Notes: generated by a model not told the origin, from the letters alone. DNA of 64,000 nucleotides from Octopus sinensis (GCF_006345805.1 NW_021834954.1:1-64000), one strand, 5' to 3'. Shown: positions 22,752-34,870, counted from the stretch's first letter. A program made the numbers and translations.

Positions 22752-24316
22752 TATTCTGTTGTGTCTGGGGAGAGTCATTTTCTTTTTGTGCCTTATTATT
22801 TAACACACTCACCGGTAAAATTTCCACTTGTTTCCTACTTTATTTTTCCAAAATTTTCGTTGCGTCTTCTCAACATTTTCAATAGTCGTTGACTCTGTCC
22901 AATATTTATACTGCGTTCCCTTTTGTTTGTTTGTGCGCATGTGTGTGGGTCAATGGGTCAGTATGGATGTGTGCCTATACATGCATGCATGTACGTATAT
23001 ATGTGTGTGTGTGCGTTTGCATGTATATATATATGTTTCCTTCTTTATTTTTCCAAAATTTTCGTTGCGTCTTGCAGCCTTTTCAATAGTCTTGACTCTG
23101 TCTGTTATTTACACTGCGACCCCTTTTGTTTGTTTGTGCGCATGTGTGTGGGTCAGTGTGTGTGTGTGTGTGTGTGCCTATACATGCATGTACGTATGTA
23201 TGTGTATGTATGTATATGTGTGTGTGTATGCATATGTATATATATATGTATGTGTGTGCATCTGTATGTATGTATCCTGTATATTTATGTGCTTGTCTGT
23301 CCGTGTTTGTGTATTTCCTATGTATGTGTGTGTGTGTGAGCGTGTGTCTGTATATGTATGCACCTCTGTCTCCTTGTGTGTGCATGTGTGTAACTATGTA
23401 CCATGTTTGTATGTATGGATGTGCATCTTTATATGTGTGGATCCGTGTCTCCTTGTGTGTCTGTTCTTGTAACCTATGTACCTATCCGTCTGTATGTTGA
23501 TCTGTTTATTTACATATTTATATGCTTACATACATAAATTTAAAAAAATATAAGTAAATAAAAATTAAAAAAATATAAAAATTAAGAAAATATAAAAATA
23601 TAACAAAAAAAAAAATATTACTAATGATAAAAAAAAGGCATATACACTCACACCCACATACATACATTTATGTACCTAACAGTCTACTCTACCTTTGTAA
23701 ACTGTGGGTATGGAGGTATGGTATTTATTGTGTATATTTCCTATTTAATATTGGAGAGGTTTCATTTATAAGGACGTACTCCCGTATTTGTCTGAGTGTT
23801 GGGTCTTTTGTGTGCTTGGATAAGATGCGGATGTCAAGTTGCCCCAAGTTACCTCCATGGTGGTCTTTGGCATGTTGGTAGAGTATGGAGGACTGTTTTC
23901 TGTCGTCATATTGTCTTAGATGTTCATTTATCCGTTCCGCAATGCTCCTAGACGTCTCCCCTATGTACATCATGTTCATGTCCTTACAAGCACCTTCTAT
24001 GCATCTTATACTGTAAACTACATTTCGAGTTCTACAGTTAATACCAGGGCTAATTCTACATACCATGCAGTTATCATTTGTGCATAAGGTATTCTTAAAC
24101 GGGTATGTCCTACATAGATGTGACCTGACGGACTTCCCTGGCTTTTCAACAATTTTAATGTTGTGTTTGGCCACCTTCAGAGCTTTTCTAAATCTACGGG
24201 CTAGTTCTCCATGGGCTGTGGCCTCTACAAACATCACTCCTTGAATTTTTACCAGTGAGTGTGTTAAATAATAAGGCACTAAAAGAGAACGACTCTCCCC
24301 AGACACAACAGAATAT
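22752..24316 (-). mobile_element. Penelope-like element (C-terminal GIY-YIG, Naiad/Neptune-like), 5'-truncated with inverted terminal duplication
   Basis: Intact endonuclease ORF end; 24247-24316 is the reverse complement of 22752-22820; the 3' region contains a ~205-bp tandem duplication (22839 and 23045). Confidence 0.8.
23725..24246 (-). CDS. PLE ORF C-terminus: Cys-rich linker + GIY-YIG endonuclease (5'-truncated)
   Basis: CTNDNCMVC...CRTRNVVYSIRC...YIGETSRSIAERINEH...LYQHAKDHH...RQIREYVLI...LNRK*; no internal stops over ~170 aa. Confidence 0.85.
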   Translation of the reverse strand: MQGVMFVEATAHGELARRFRKALKVAKHNIKIVEKPGKSVRSHLCRTYPFKNTLCTNDNCMVCRISPGINCRTRNVVYSIRCIEGACKDMNMMYIGETSRSIAERINEHLRQYDDRKQSSILYQHAKDHHGGNLGQLDIRILSKHTKDPTLRQIREYVLINETSPILNRKYTQ

Positions 24317-24339
24317 ACACTGTTTTCGCTAATTACTCT

Positions 24340-24557
24340 TTCACTCGCTTTTGCTATTTTCAGTTATTTGACTGCGGCCATGTTGGAGCACCGCCTTCAG
24401 TCGAGCAAACAGAGCACATGACCTATTCTTTATATGCCTAGTACTTAATGTATGGGTCTCTTTTGCCGAACCGTTCAGTTACGCGGGCGTGAAAATAGTA
24501 GCATCGTTTGTCAAGCGATGCTCGAAGGATAAAGAGGCATACAAACGTATATGTATG

Positions 24558-24635
<78 letters not shown>

Positions 24636-24772
24636 CGGGCTTCTTTTAGTTTCCGTCTACGAAATCTATAGTTGAAGACACTTGCCCAATGTGCCACGCA
24701 GTGGTGGGACTGAACCCAGAACACTACGGTTCGTAAGCAAGCTACTTATCACAAAGCCGCTTCTACGCCTAG
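24340..24772 (-). mobile_element. Abundant tRNA-derived SINE (with internal TA microsatellite)
   Basis: GACTGCGGCCATG.TGGAGCACCGCC...GTGCCACGCAGTGG..GACTGAACCC...AAGCTACTTA; same family as 47846-48180. Confidence 0.8.
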
Positions 24773-25124
24773 CAATATATATATGTATATATATATATAA
24801 CGAAGCCTGCAACAACTCAACTTCTATAGTCATAAATATTCCACACCAGAGATATCTCAGAATGAGACCAATTGTAGCCAGTCCAGGTACATAGATAAGG
24901 GGGTTACTGGGTGGTTAGCACATCCAGTTGGAATCTCAGTACCCTCTACCCCAGTATGAAAATTAGTTTTATCCACTTTTGAAATAATATATTTTCTCCA
25001 TCTGCAAATGTGGGTATCTTAGAGATGGTCAAATTGTTTGTTGTAGCTGTAATTGTCGCACACACACAAACAAATAAAAACACTCAGTCGCTCTCACACA
25101 CACGTACACACAGAAATAAAAACA

Positions 25125-25162
<38 letters not shown>

Positions 25163-26489
25163 CTGAAATGTAAATAGAGAAATAAAAAGAAGGAAAAGAA
25201 CATTGTGACATAAACTGTAATCTCTTGAAATGTAAAAAGAATTGTTGAAGAGGAGAGAAAGACTTTAATTTGGACTGTTTTCGAACTTTGTATTGTGTTG
25301 AACATCTGTTCTGATTGTTTCCGGACGTTGTGTTATGTTGAAATGCATTGTTTGTTTTTCTTTTACGATTTGTTAAATGTTTTTCTTTAAATGTATCTGA
25401 ATTGTTTTACGTTTTAATTGATGTTGTAAGAAATTGTATAAACTGTTGTTAAATGTAAGCAACTGCCTTCCGCTGTCTCTTTCTTCCTGTTGTTGTTGCT
25501 GTCTCCGGTCACCAGTCTGTGTTCGCTGCCATCCTCCACCGCTTGCTGGGATAAATTTCCGATTTGACTGAGCGTGGTCGTCGTCGTCGCTCGACTTAGG
25601 GTCCCGAGTTCGAGTTGAGCGACGGCAAGTTCGTAAGAATATATATATATATTTATATACATAAATACATGCTGTGTGTTTGCAGTACTGTGTATATGTA
25701 TGCGTGTGTGTGAGTGTTTTAAAATCTGTGTGTATGTGTGTTTCTACGTATATATATATATATATATATACATATACACACGTTAATATGTCTGTTTATC
25801 CATCGAACATAACGTCACCGTAACTTAGCGGTTCTGCAAAAGAGACCTATTGAATACCTACTAGGCATACAAAGTCCTGGGGTCGATTTGTTCGACGAAA
25901 GGCGGTGCTCCAGCATGGCGGCAGTGAAATAACGTGTAACAGAGCGACAAAGTGTATATTACGAAAAGTACAAATTTAGGGGAGATAACTACAAAATATC
26001 TTATAGAGTTACTTCCCTTGCATATAAATACTAAACACACCAGTATCAGTTGTGAAGCGGTTTTGCTGACACAGAAACATACACACACACATACATACAT
26101 ATATATATATTCATATATTCGACGGGATTTCTTCTATTTCCATCTACCAAAACACTCAGAAACTTTGGTCTGTCCGAGGCTATATTAGAAGACACTTACC
26201 GATGGTCCAACGTAGTGGGACAGAACCAAAAGCCACGTGATTCGGCAGCAAGCTACATTCCACACAGCCACTCTTACGCCTTATACTTTTCTCAGATGGC
26301 GACAATGTATTAATTTCACAAGTGGATAAAAGAAATTCTCATACTGGCGTGGAGGGGGCTGATTTTCTACCTGCGAGTGTTAAGCACCCGATGAACCCCG
26401 TATCTACATAATTGGATCGGCCATGATTGGTCTCATTCGGAGGTCTCTCGGGTGTGGAATATTTATAACTATAGAAGTTAATTTGTTAA

Positions 26490-26650
26490 TAAGAATTCGT
26501 TTATGGCCTAACTTTTGTAGATTTTGGGAAGTCCACAGGTGTTACTGGCTTTGCAGTCAAATCTAGTCAAGTAATTTGTCTCCTTTTTTGTCAAATCTTG
26601 TTGGAACTGGTGGATAAGAGTAGATAGTTTGGTCATTATCTTCAATTGAC
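26490..26650 (-). mobile_element. PLE reverse-transcriptase N-terminal fragment
   Basis: DLTKKETNYLTRFDCKASNTCGLPKIYKS resembles ELTTKEIDFLTNFKCKPSLFYGLPKI at 59031-59140. Confidence 0.65.
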
Positions 26651-26810
26651 TGTAGTTGTTAGGGTTAGGGTTAGATTTTTCAAGCGATGCTGGTGTGTTT
26701 TCCTCCCTTTATTTTAGCGTTTCGGGAAAAGAGAATAAGTTAGAATAAATACTAGGCTTACAAAGAATAAGTGCTGCGGACGATGTGCTCGACTAAAGGC
26801 GGCGCTCTAG

Positions 26811-26869
<59 letters not shown>

Positions 26870-27231
26870 AGATATACGTGTATATACCCACACACGCATA
26901 TATACTATCTAAAACAAAAAAGAAACTTGATTATGTCCGAAGGGTAGTACTAGAATATTATTACTTTATATATTTGTGGTGTGTAATGAAATGTAAATGA
27001 TGAGATAGTCAATGTTTATTTGTTAAAGGTACCAGCAGATTACTTGGATGTGTATGTGTGTCTGTTGGTACGCGCGTGCTCGTGTCCCCTTTCTCAAGCG
27101 AAAAATGAATGCACCTTTTACAGAAATTACATGAAACGTATTATATGACGTTAGGGAAGTAACTGTAAGAGATATTTTCTGTTATCTCCCTACTGAACAG
27201 GTCATAGACTTTTGTCGCTATTTACTCTTAT

Positions 27232-27451
27232 ACTCTCATTTACTTGTTTCAGTCATTTGACTGTGGCCATACTGGAGCACCACCTTTTGTCGAGCATATC
27301 GACCCCAGGACTTATTCTTTGTAGGCCTAGTACTTATTCTATCAGTCTCTTTCGCTGAACCTCTAAGTTACAGACTAGCTTTAGTTGTGAAGCGATGTTT
27401 GGGGACAAACACAGACGTACACACACACAAACATATATATATATATATATA

Positions 27452-27490
<39 letters not shown>

Positions 27491-27843
27491 ATATATACGA
27501 CTGGATTATTTCAGTTTCCTCCCACCAAATCCAATCACAAGGCTTTGTTCGGCCCGGGTCTCAAGTAGAAGACATTTGCACAAGATGCCAAACAGTTGGA
27601 ATAAACCCGAACATATATGTTACGTAAGTAGACTACTTAGCCCACAGCCATTCCTGCGCCTATATTCATATATGCGACGGACTTCTTTCGGTTTCCGTCT
27701 ACGAACGCCACTCAGAAGTCTTTGGTCGGCTCGAGGCTATAGTTGAATACACTCGACGAAGGTGTCACGCGGTGGGACTTAACCTAGCACATTGCGGTTC
27801 TTAAGGAAACTACTTACCACACGGCCACTCCTACGCCTATCAC

Positions 27844-27897
<54 letters not shown>

Positions 27898-28335
27898 CGT
27901 ATATAAAAGCACAGTCGCAAACACACCCGCACATACAGAAATGGAAACACACACATAGAAATGAAAGCGCATACTTACATTTGCTTCTGGCAAAAATGTA
28001 TTTAAACTTACCGCACTTAAATATAAAAATTCACCTCCAATCAAGGAGTAACTCTTGCTATATTCCTTACTGACAAGAGTCACGTCCCTTGAATGATACT
28101 AACACAATTTAATATTAGGAATTGTAAATAATATGCTCTAAGGGATATATGCAGAGTTGCCTCCCTTCCAATTACGTAATATTAGAAGTGGTTAAAGGAA
28201 AGGATTTTCCTCATATCTCTCGGAAACTGTAAGGGATGGAACGGGTGTTCTTTCCGTTTTATTAAGAGAACTTGCATCTGTATGAGTGATAGTACGTGAG
28301 TGCATTCTCGTGTGCCCTTCGAGTGCGAACACACA

Positions 28336-28371
<36 letters not shown>

Positions 28372-28640
28372 TATATGTTTAAACATATACACGATGGGAT
28401 TCCTTCCCCCAAATCCAATCACAAGGATTTAGTCGACCCTGGGCTACAGTAGAAGACAATTGCAGAAGATGACAGGCAGTGGGAATGAACCCAAAACCAT
28501 GTGGTTCGTAAGCAAACTACTTACCACATAGCCATTCCTACGACAGACTTCTTTCAGTTTCCGTTTATCAACTCCACTCAGAATACTTTGGTAGGCTCGA
28601 GGTTATAGTTGAATACACTTGCCGAAGGTGCCACGCTGTT
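27232..28640 (-). mobile_element. Cluster of tRNA-derived SINE copies/fragments
   Basis: At least four head segments (CCCGAGGCTATAG..GAAGACACTT..GGGACT.AACC..ACTACTTACCAC) at ~27490-27660, 27670-27840, 28385-28535 and 28545-28640. Confidence 0.75.
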
Positions 28641-29347
28641 CGTGAGCAATCACTCTCACTCACAATCACTCGCGCGCAAACAGACACAGAATTGAAAGCA
28701 CACACACACATATCGGCTGACCCAGACACTCATACAATTTCTTCAGAATGTCATGATTTTAAGGTCAACATATTTAAAACATAAATAGCTACGAGTTTGC
28801 ATGTATCTCTGTGCCTGAGTGCGGAAGTGTGGGTATTTGTGCGTGTGTGAGCACAGTCCACACACACATCCAAGGTAGTCGCATCGGCTAATGTGACCCA
28901 ACCGCGAAAGTCTGTTTCACCCACGAGACTTCCGGACCCCATTAATGGACTCATTTGCATACAACCAATCAGAGCTCACCTTGAACTTGTCAGTTTAACA
29001 AACATGATTCTCTGTATGGGAAGTAGCTTGGTTACTAACCACATGGTTCCGGGTTCAGTCCCACTGCGTGGTACCTTATGCAAGTGTTTTCTACTATAGC
29101 CTCATGCCAACCAAAGCCTTGTGAGTGGGTTTGTAGACGGAAACTGAAAGAAGACTGCATGCATATGTAAATATATAGTCGTAGAAGTGCTTTGTGGTAA
29201 GTATATTGCTTACCAAAGACATGGTTTCTGGTTCAGTCCCACTACGTGGCACCAATGGCAAGTCTTCTGCTATAGCCTCGGACAGACCAAAGCTTTGTGA
29301 GTGGATTTGGTAGACGGAAACAGAAAGAAGCCCTTCGTATATATATA

Positions 29348-29388
<41 letters not shown>

Positions 29389-29637
29389 CGGGAAGCTTTA
29401 TGAAAATAGACAAAAGACGAAGGCAGGTGGAATACAAACAAACAATTGTATTAGTATGGCGCTCAGGAAATATAAATATGTCCGAGGCTATTGCAGAAGA
29501 CTTGCCATTGGTGCCACGTAGTGGGACTGAACCAGAAACCATGTCTTTAAACATAGTAAATAGGGTAATAAAATAAATTATTATTACCAGTGATCTAGCA
29601 CAAAAGACAAATTAGTCATTAGACTATATGTTATTCA

Positions 29638-30210
29638 TATATAAGTACATTAAAAGGCCCCTAAATAAAGAAGCAAGTACTAGATACACAAAAAGGGGAT
29701 AAATTCAAGAAATGCAATGAAAATCAAAAACGTTTACCAACTCAGCTAATCTTGTACTGCAGTTTCGTCTTTTTATTAGCAAATGAATATAATTTATCTG
29801 CCAAGGCTAGACTCATCAGCAAGCAGCCTTTGTAATCCGAGAAGTACATATCATTAGAAGCACGTGCAAATCTAACGACCTGTATACCCTAACTTTTCAG
29901 ACCAGTGCGCAGACGCAAATCATACCCAGCGAACAGAGAGCATGCCGGTAGAAAGTCCACGAGCAAATTTGTCGAACAATATTTAAACATAGTAAATAGG
30001 GTAATAAAATAATTTATTATTACCAGGGATCAAGCACAAAAGATGAGTCTCGCCTTGGCAGATAAATTCTATTCATTTACTAAAAAAAAGACGAAACTGC
30101 AGTACAAGATTACCTGAGTTGGTAAACGTTTTTGATTTTCATTGCATTTCTTGAATTTATCCCCCTTTTTGTGTATCTAGTACTTGCTTCTTTATTTAGG
30201 GGCCTTTTAA
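29638..30210. mobile_element. Penelope-type terminal-repeat pair in inverted orientation
   Basis: 29638-29817 is the reverse complement of 30042-30210; a 62-bp direct repeat at 29546-29607 and 29982-30043 precedes each arm. Confidence 0.75.
29751..29823 (-). ncRNA. Type I hammerhead ribozyme motif
   Basis: Minus strand: stem I CTTG/CAAG; core CTGATGA (29819-29813); stem II GTCT/AGAC; GAAA; palindromic stem III ACTGCAGT; GUA cleavage between 29755 and 29754. Confidence 0.8.
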
Positions 30211-30341
30211 TGTACTTATATATATATATATTATATATATATATATATATATAATATATATATATATATATAATATATATATATATATAGATATAGACAT
30301 AGATATATATAGACATAGATATATATAGAGGTATATTTGTG

Positions 30342-30380
<39 letters not shown>

Positions 30381-30431
30381 AGATATAGACATAGATATAT
30401 ATAGACATAGATATATATAGAGGTATATTTG

Positions 30432-30477
<46 letters not shown>

Positions 30478-30943
30478 TACTGATATATAGCTAGACATAG
30501 ATATATATAGAGAGACATATATGTATATATATATTTATATATATATGTATATGTGTGTATGTTTCTGTGTCCCCAAAACCGCTTGACAACCGATGCTGGT
30601 GTTTTTACGCTCCATTAACTTAGCCGTTCGGGAAAAGAAGACCAAGAGAATAAATACTAGGCTGACATAGAATAAGTCCTGGTGTCGATTTGCTCCAGAA
30701 AAGGCTGCGCTCCAGCATGGGCACAGTGAAATGACCAAACAAGGAAAAGAGTAAAAGTGTGTGTCACGTTTGACTTTATATATTCTAGAGTTACTTCCCT
30801 TCATATAATTTAATAATAGTAATAACGTAATAACTTAAGGGAAGTAACTCGGGAATATTTTTTAGTTATCTCCCTTTCTAAAGTTACTTCCCTTGCATGT
30901 TATTTTATTATATGCAAGGGAAGTAGCTTTGAAAGTTATTTTG

Positions 30944-32227
30944 TGGTAGGGGTTATGGTTACGGTTTTGGGTTAGGGTTTAGTGGTTGCGGTAGGGGTTA
31001 GGGTTAGGGGTTTGGGTTGGGGTTGGGTTGGGGTTAGGGGTTAGGGGTTAGGGTAGGGGTTAGGGTTGGGTTGGGGTTGGCGTTGGGTTAGGGGTTAGGG
31101 TTAGGGGTTAGGGGTTAGGGGTTGGGGTAGGGGTTAGGGGTTAGGGTTGGGGTTGGGTTGGGGTTGGGTTGGGGTTGGGTTGGGGTTGAGGTTAGGTGTT
31201 AGGGTATAGGGTTAGGGTTAGGGAAGGTGTTAGGGTTACGGTTAGGGGTTAGGGGTTAGGGTTAGGGTTGGGGTTGGGGTTTAGGATTATGGTTGGAGTT
31301 GGGGTTAGGGGTTATGGTTAGGGTTGTGGTTGGGGTTGGGTTGGGGTTAGGGTTAGGGGTTATGGTTAGGGGTTATGGTTAGGGGTTATGGTTAGGGGTT
31401 ATGGTTAGGGGTAAGGGGTTTAGGGTTAGGGGTTAGTGGTTAGGGATATGGTTAGGGTTAGGGTTAGGGTTAGGGGTAAGGATTAGGGGTTAGGGTTAGG
31501 GTTAGGTGTTAGGGTTAGTGTTACTGTTAGGCGGTCAGGGTTAGGGTTAGGGGTTAGGGGTTGGGGTTAGGGTTAGGTTTAGGGGTTAGGGGTTAGGGTT
31601 AGGGGTTAGGGTTAGGTTTAGGGGTTAGAGGTTAGGGTTAGGGTATGGCTTAGGGTTAGGGTTTGGGTTAGGGTTAGAGTTACGGTTAGGGTTAGGGGTT
31701 AGAGTTAGGGGTCAGGGTTAGGGTTAGGGTTAGGGGTTAGGGTTAGGGGTTAGGGGTAGGTTTAGGGTTAGGGGTTGGGTTGGGGTTAGAGGCTAGGGTT
31801 AGGTTTAAGGGTTAGGGTTAGGGTGTCGGGTTAGGGTTAGGGATTAGAGTTAGGGGTTAGGTGTTAGGGTTTAGGGTTAGGGGTTAGGGGTTAGGGATAT
31901 GGTTAGGAGTTAGAGGTTAGGGGTTGGGGTTAGCGGTTAGGGTTAGGGGTTAGGGATTAGGGGTCAGGTGTTAGGTTTAGGGGTTAGGGGTTAGGGGATA
32001 GGGGTTAGGGTTAGGGGTTAGGGTTAATGTTAGGAGTTAGGGTTAGGGTAAGGTTTAGGGGTTAGGTGTTAGGGATAGGGTTAGGGTTTGGATTAGGGTT
32101 AGGGTTAGGGTTAGGGGTTACGGTTACGGTTAGGGTTTAGGATTAGGGGTTAGGGTTAGGGTAAGACGTTATGGTAAGGAGTTAGGGTCAGCAGTTAGGG
32201 TTAGGGGCTAGGGTTAAGGATTAGGCT
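30944..32227 (+). repeat. Degenerate interstitial telomere-like array (TTAGGG/TTAGGGG/TTGGGG mix)
   Basis: ~1.28 kb of GGGTTA, GGGGTTA and GGGTTG variants, G-rich strand on plus. Confidence 0.92.
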
Positions 32228-32340
32228 AGATGAAAGACTGACTGATAGACAGACTGAGAGACAGGCTGACAGAGAGGAAGATAGATAGGTAGACAGATAG
32301 ACAGATAAATAGGCAGAGAGACAGACATATATAAATATAT

Positions 32341-32379
<39 letters not shown>

Positions 32380-32705
32380 TGGGGTGGAAGATGAGTTGAT
32401 AAAGTTAAAGAAGAGACATGGTAACTTCAAAGAAAATAATTGACAAAGCAGCAAGTTCTGAAGGAAAGCAACATTCAAGATAATTGCAATATTGGTCTGG
32501 GATCATCTTGAGATTATTGCTCCGTTAATGCCAGATAGAGATATAACGGTTACTGCATTCAACCCATCTATTTGAAATGTGTTCTCAAATTATGTACACA
32601 CACACACACGCACACACACACACACACACGCACTCACACACACACACGCACACACACGCACTCACACATACACACACACACACACAACACACACACACAC
32701 ACGCA

Positions 32706-32753
<48 letters not shown>

Positions 32754-33257
32754 GACTTGTATGTATTAAAAATGATTTTCAAGGCATTGTTCTATTTTAG
32801 AACTATGACTTGTTTTGTTACATAGTGTATCTATAAAGAAAGCCATGGCGATTTTGTTCTCTCAGCCTATCTGTAAAATTCGAAATCAAATATCAAAGTA
32901 TAGAACGCTTGTTAAATAGATTAGATGCAATTAAAGTATTTGTAATTACACAAATGAACTGGTGTTCATACATGTGTTTATTCAGAATAAATGGAGTCTA
33001 TGCTAGAATTGAAGTATATTTCCCATTGTGGTTTTGCAAGACAGTTCAACTTAGCTTAGCTGGCGTATTTGGAAAAAAATGCCTTACGACACACGAAGAG
33101 TTCGATGCTGTCGTGGCGGTGCTCAGAAGCCGAAAGGCTAATTGACTGGCGGTCACGTGAGAGAAGAGAGAGAAAAAAGGGGCAAAGGAATCAAAGAAAG
33201 AGAGAAAAAGAGGGACAAAGGCACCAAAGGGGGATATATATATATATATATATATAT

Positions 33258-33540
33258 CATCGTCATCATCATCGTTTAACGTCGGTTTTCTGTGCTAGCA
33301 CGGGTTGGACGGTTTGACCAGGGTCTGGGAAGCCAGGAGGCTGTGCCAGGCTCCAGTCTGATCTGGCAGTGTTTCTACAGCTGGATGCCCTTCCTAACGC
33401 CAACCACTCCGAGAGTGTAGTGGGTGCTTTTTCGTGCCACCGACACAGATGCCAGGGGAGGCTGGCAGCGGCCACGATCGGTTGGTGCTTTTTACGTGCC
33501 ACCGGCATAGGTATCACAGCTGCTATTCCATTCATTTCGA
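33258..33540 (-). mobile_element. RTE 3' UTR/tail copy
   Basis: (CAT)n-CGTTTAACGTCGG...GCTAGCACGGGTTGGACGG...GGTGCTTTTTACGTGCCACCGG; reverse complement of 3670-4055. Confidence 0.85.
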
Positions 33541-34037
33541 TGTTTATGTACTTGACTCAAGCACAGCAGGTCATGTGCCACATATATGGGAGAGTCTTGT
33601 AGTTCGCTTGAAGCATTGTGTATTGTTTCTAAAAAAATAAAGTGTCTTGAATGGTACAACATTGCACTATAATAACAACCATGGACTATAATAACTGTTA
33701 TAATTTAATCATCCATAGTCTGATACAACATTTCGGAATATACTCGAAATACGACAACACGCACACTGAATGCTCTCAATATACTGATACATAAAGGTCG
33801 ACTTTAATCCTTTAGGGTCGATAAATTAAGGACCAGTTGAGTACTACACCCTCCCACAAAATTTCGGGCCTTGTGCCTAAAATAGAAAAGAAAATAGGGA
33901 TAGGTAAAGGGAGAGAATTAGACTTTGCTGCTTGGAATATTTCAGGAGGGGAAGTACGCATGCGCATTGAAGGTGCTTCTTCCTTGATGTCGATTTCCGG
34001 TTAAATGTCCTTTGAATGAATTTCTTTTAATCAGCTG

Positions 34038-34089
<52 letters not shown>

Positions 34090-34269
34090 GTTTATAATAC
34101 TTAAAATATGGACTTAAAATGCATTTTTCTACCAACACACACACATATATAAACAACACTACCCTTTACGAGACATTTGCGTAAGTATTAAACAATGAAA
34201 AGATTCAATGTTTTTTTAAAATTTTCGGTTTTTGGCGCGTAATTCTTTGCTCCTCTTCTCTCTTTTATG

Positions 34270-34530
34270 AATGCGAGATGTCCATGATTTGTGCAAGATT
34301 TGGCTGCTATTTCTAGCTACTAAAGAGATATGTTTATGATATGTGCGAGATTTGGCTGCTATTTCTAACTATAGAAAAAATATGTCTATGATCTGTTCGA
34401 GATTTGGCTGCTATTTCTAGCTATGAGAGTGAGACGTCTAAGAATTATGTGGGATTGGCTGCTATTTCTAGCTCTGAGAGTGAGATGTCTAAGAATTATG
34501 TGGGTTTTGGCTGCTATTTCTAGCTATGGA
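34270..34530. repeat. 52-bp minisatellite, 5 copies, core TTGGCTGCTATTTCTAGCTA
   Basis: Core units start at ~34297, 34349, 34401, 34453 and 34504. Confidence 0.9.
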
Positions 34531-34680
34531 AGCTGCCTTCTTCCTTCTCCGTCGTTGCCTCTTTAGGTTGTTGTGTGTTTTAGTTTGAGAAATATTCTCA
34601 AATACTTTCCAAAACTGAAATATTTGGAAACCAATTCTTTATTTTAATTTATCCATTGTTTCTCGCTATTACTATCGGGT

Positions 34681-34870
34681 ACTATTTAAGAAGAATGGTC
34701 CCGGTGCGCGCACTCGCTCATCCGCGCCCGCTAGTCGTGACTAGTCGATCGTTACTCTCTGTTTTCGTCTTTTATTTATTTTGCTAGATAGTCGTTGTAG
34801 GATCGACTAGTCACGACTAGCTAGCTCGGATGAGCGAGTGCGCGCACCGGGACCACTCTTCATAAATAGT
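34681..34870. mobile_element. MITE/fold-back element with ~70-bp TIRs
   Basis: GAAGA(A/G)TGGTCCCGGTGCGCGCACTCGCTCATCCG...CTAGTCGTGACTAGTCGATC at both ends in inverted orientation; relatives at 50581-50730 and 61572-61766. Confidence 0.85.

Noticed and set aside
34270-34530. Regularly spaced conserved 20-mers resembling a CRISPR array
   Set aside because: The spacers are related to each other (minisatellite), the context is eukaryotic, and there are no cas genes.
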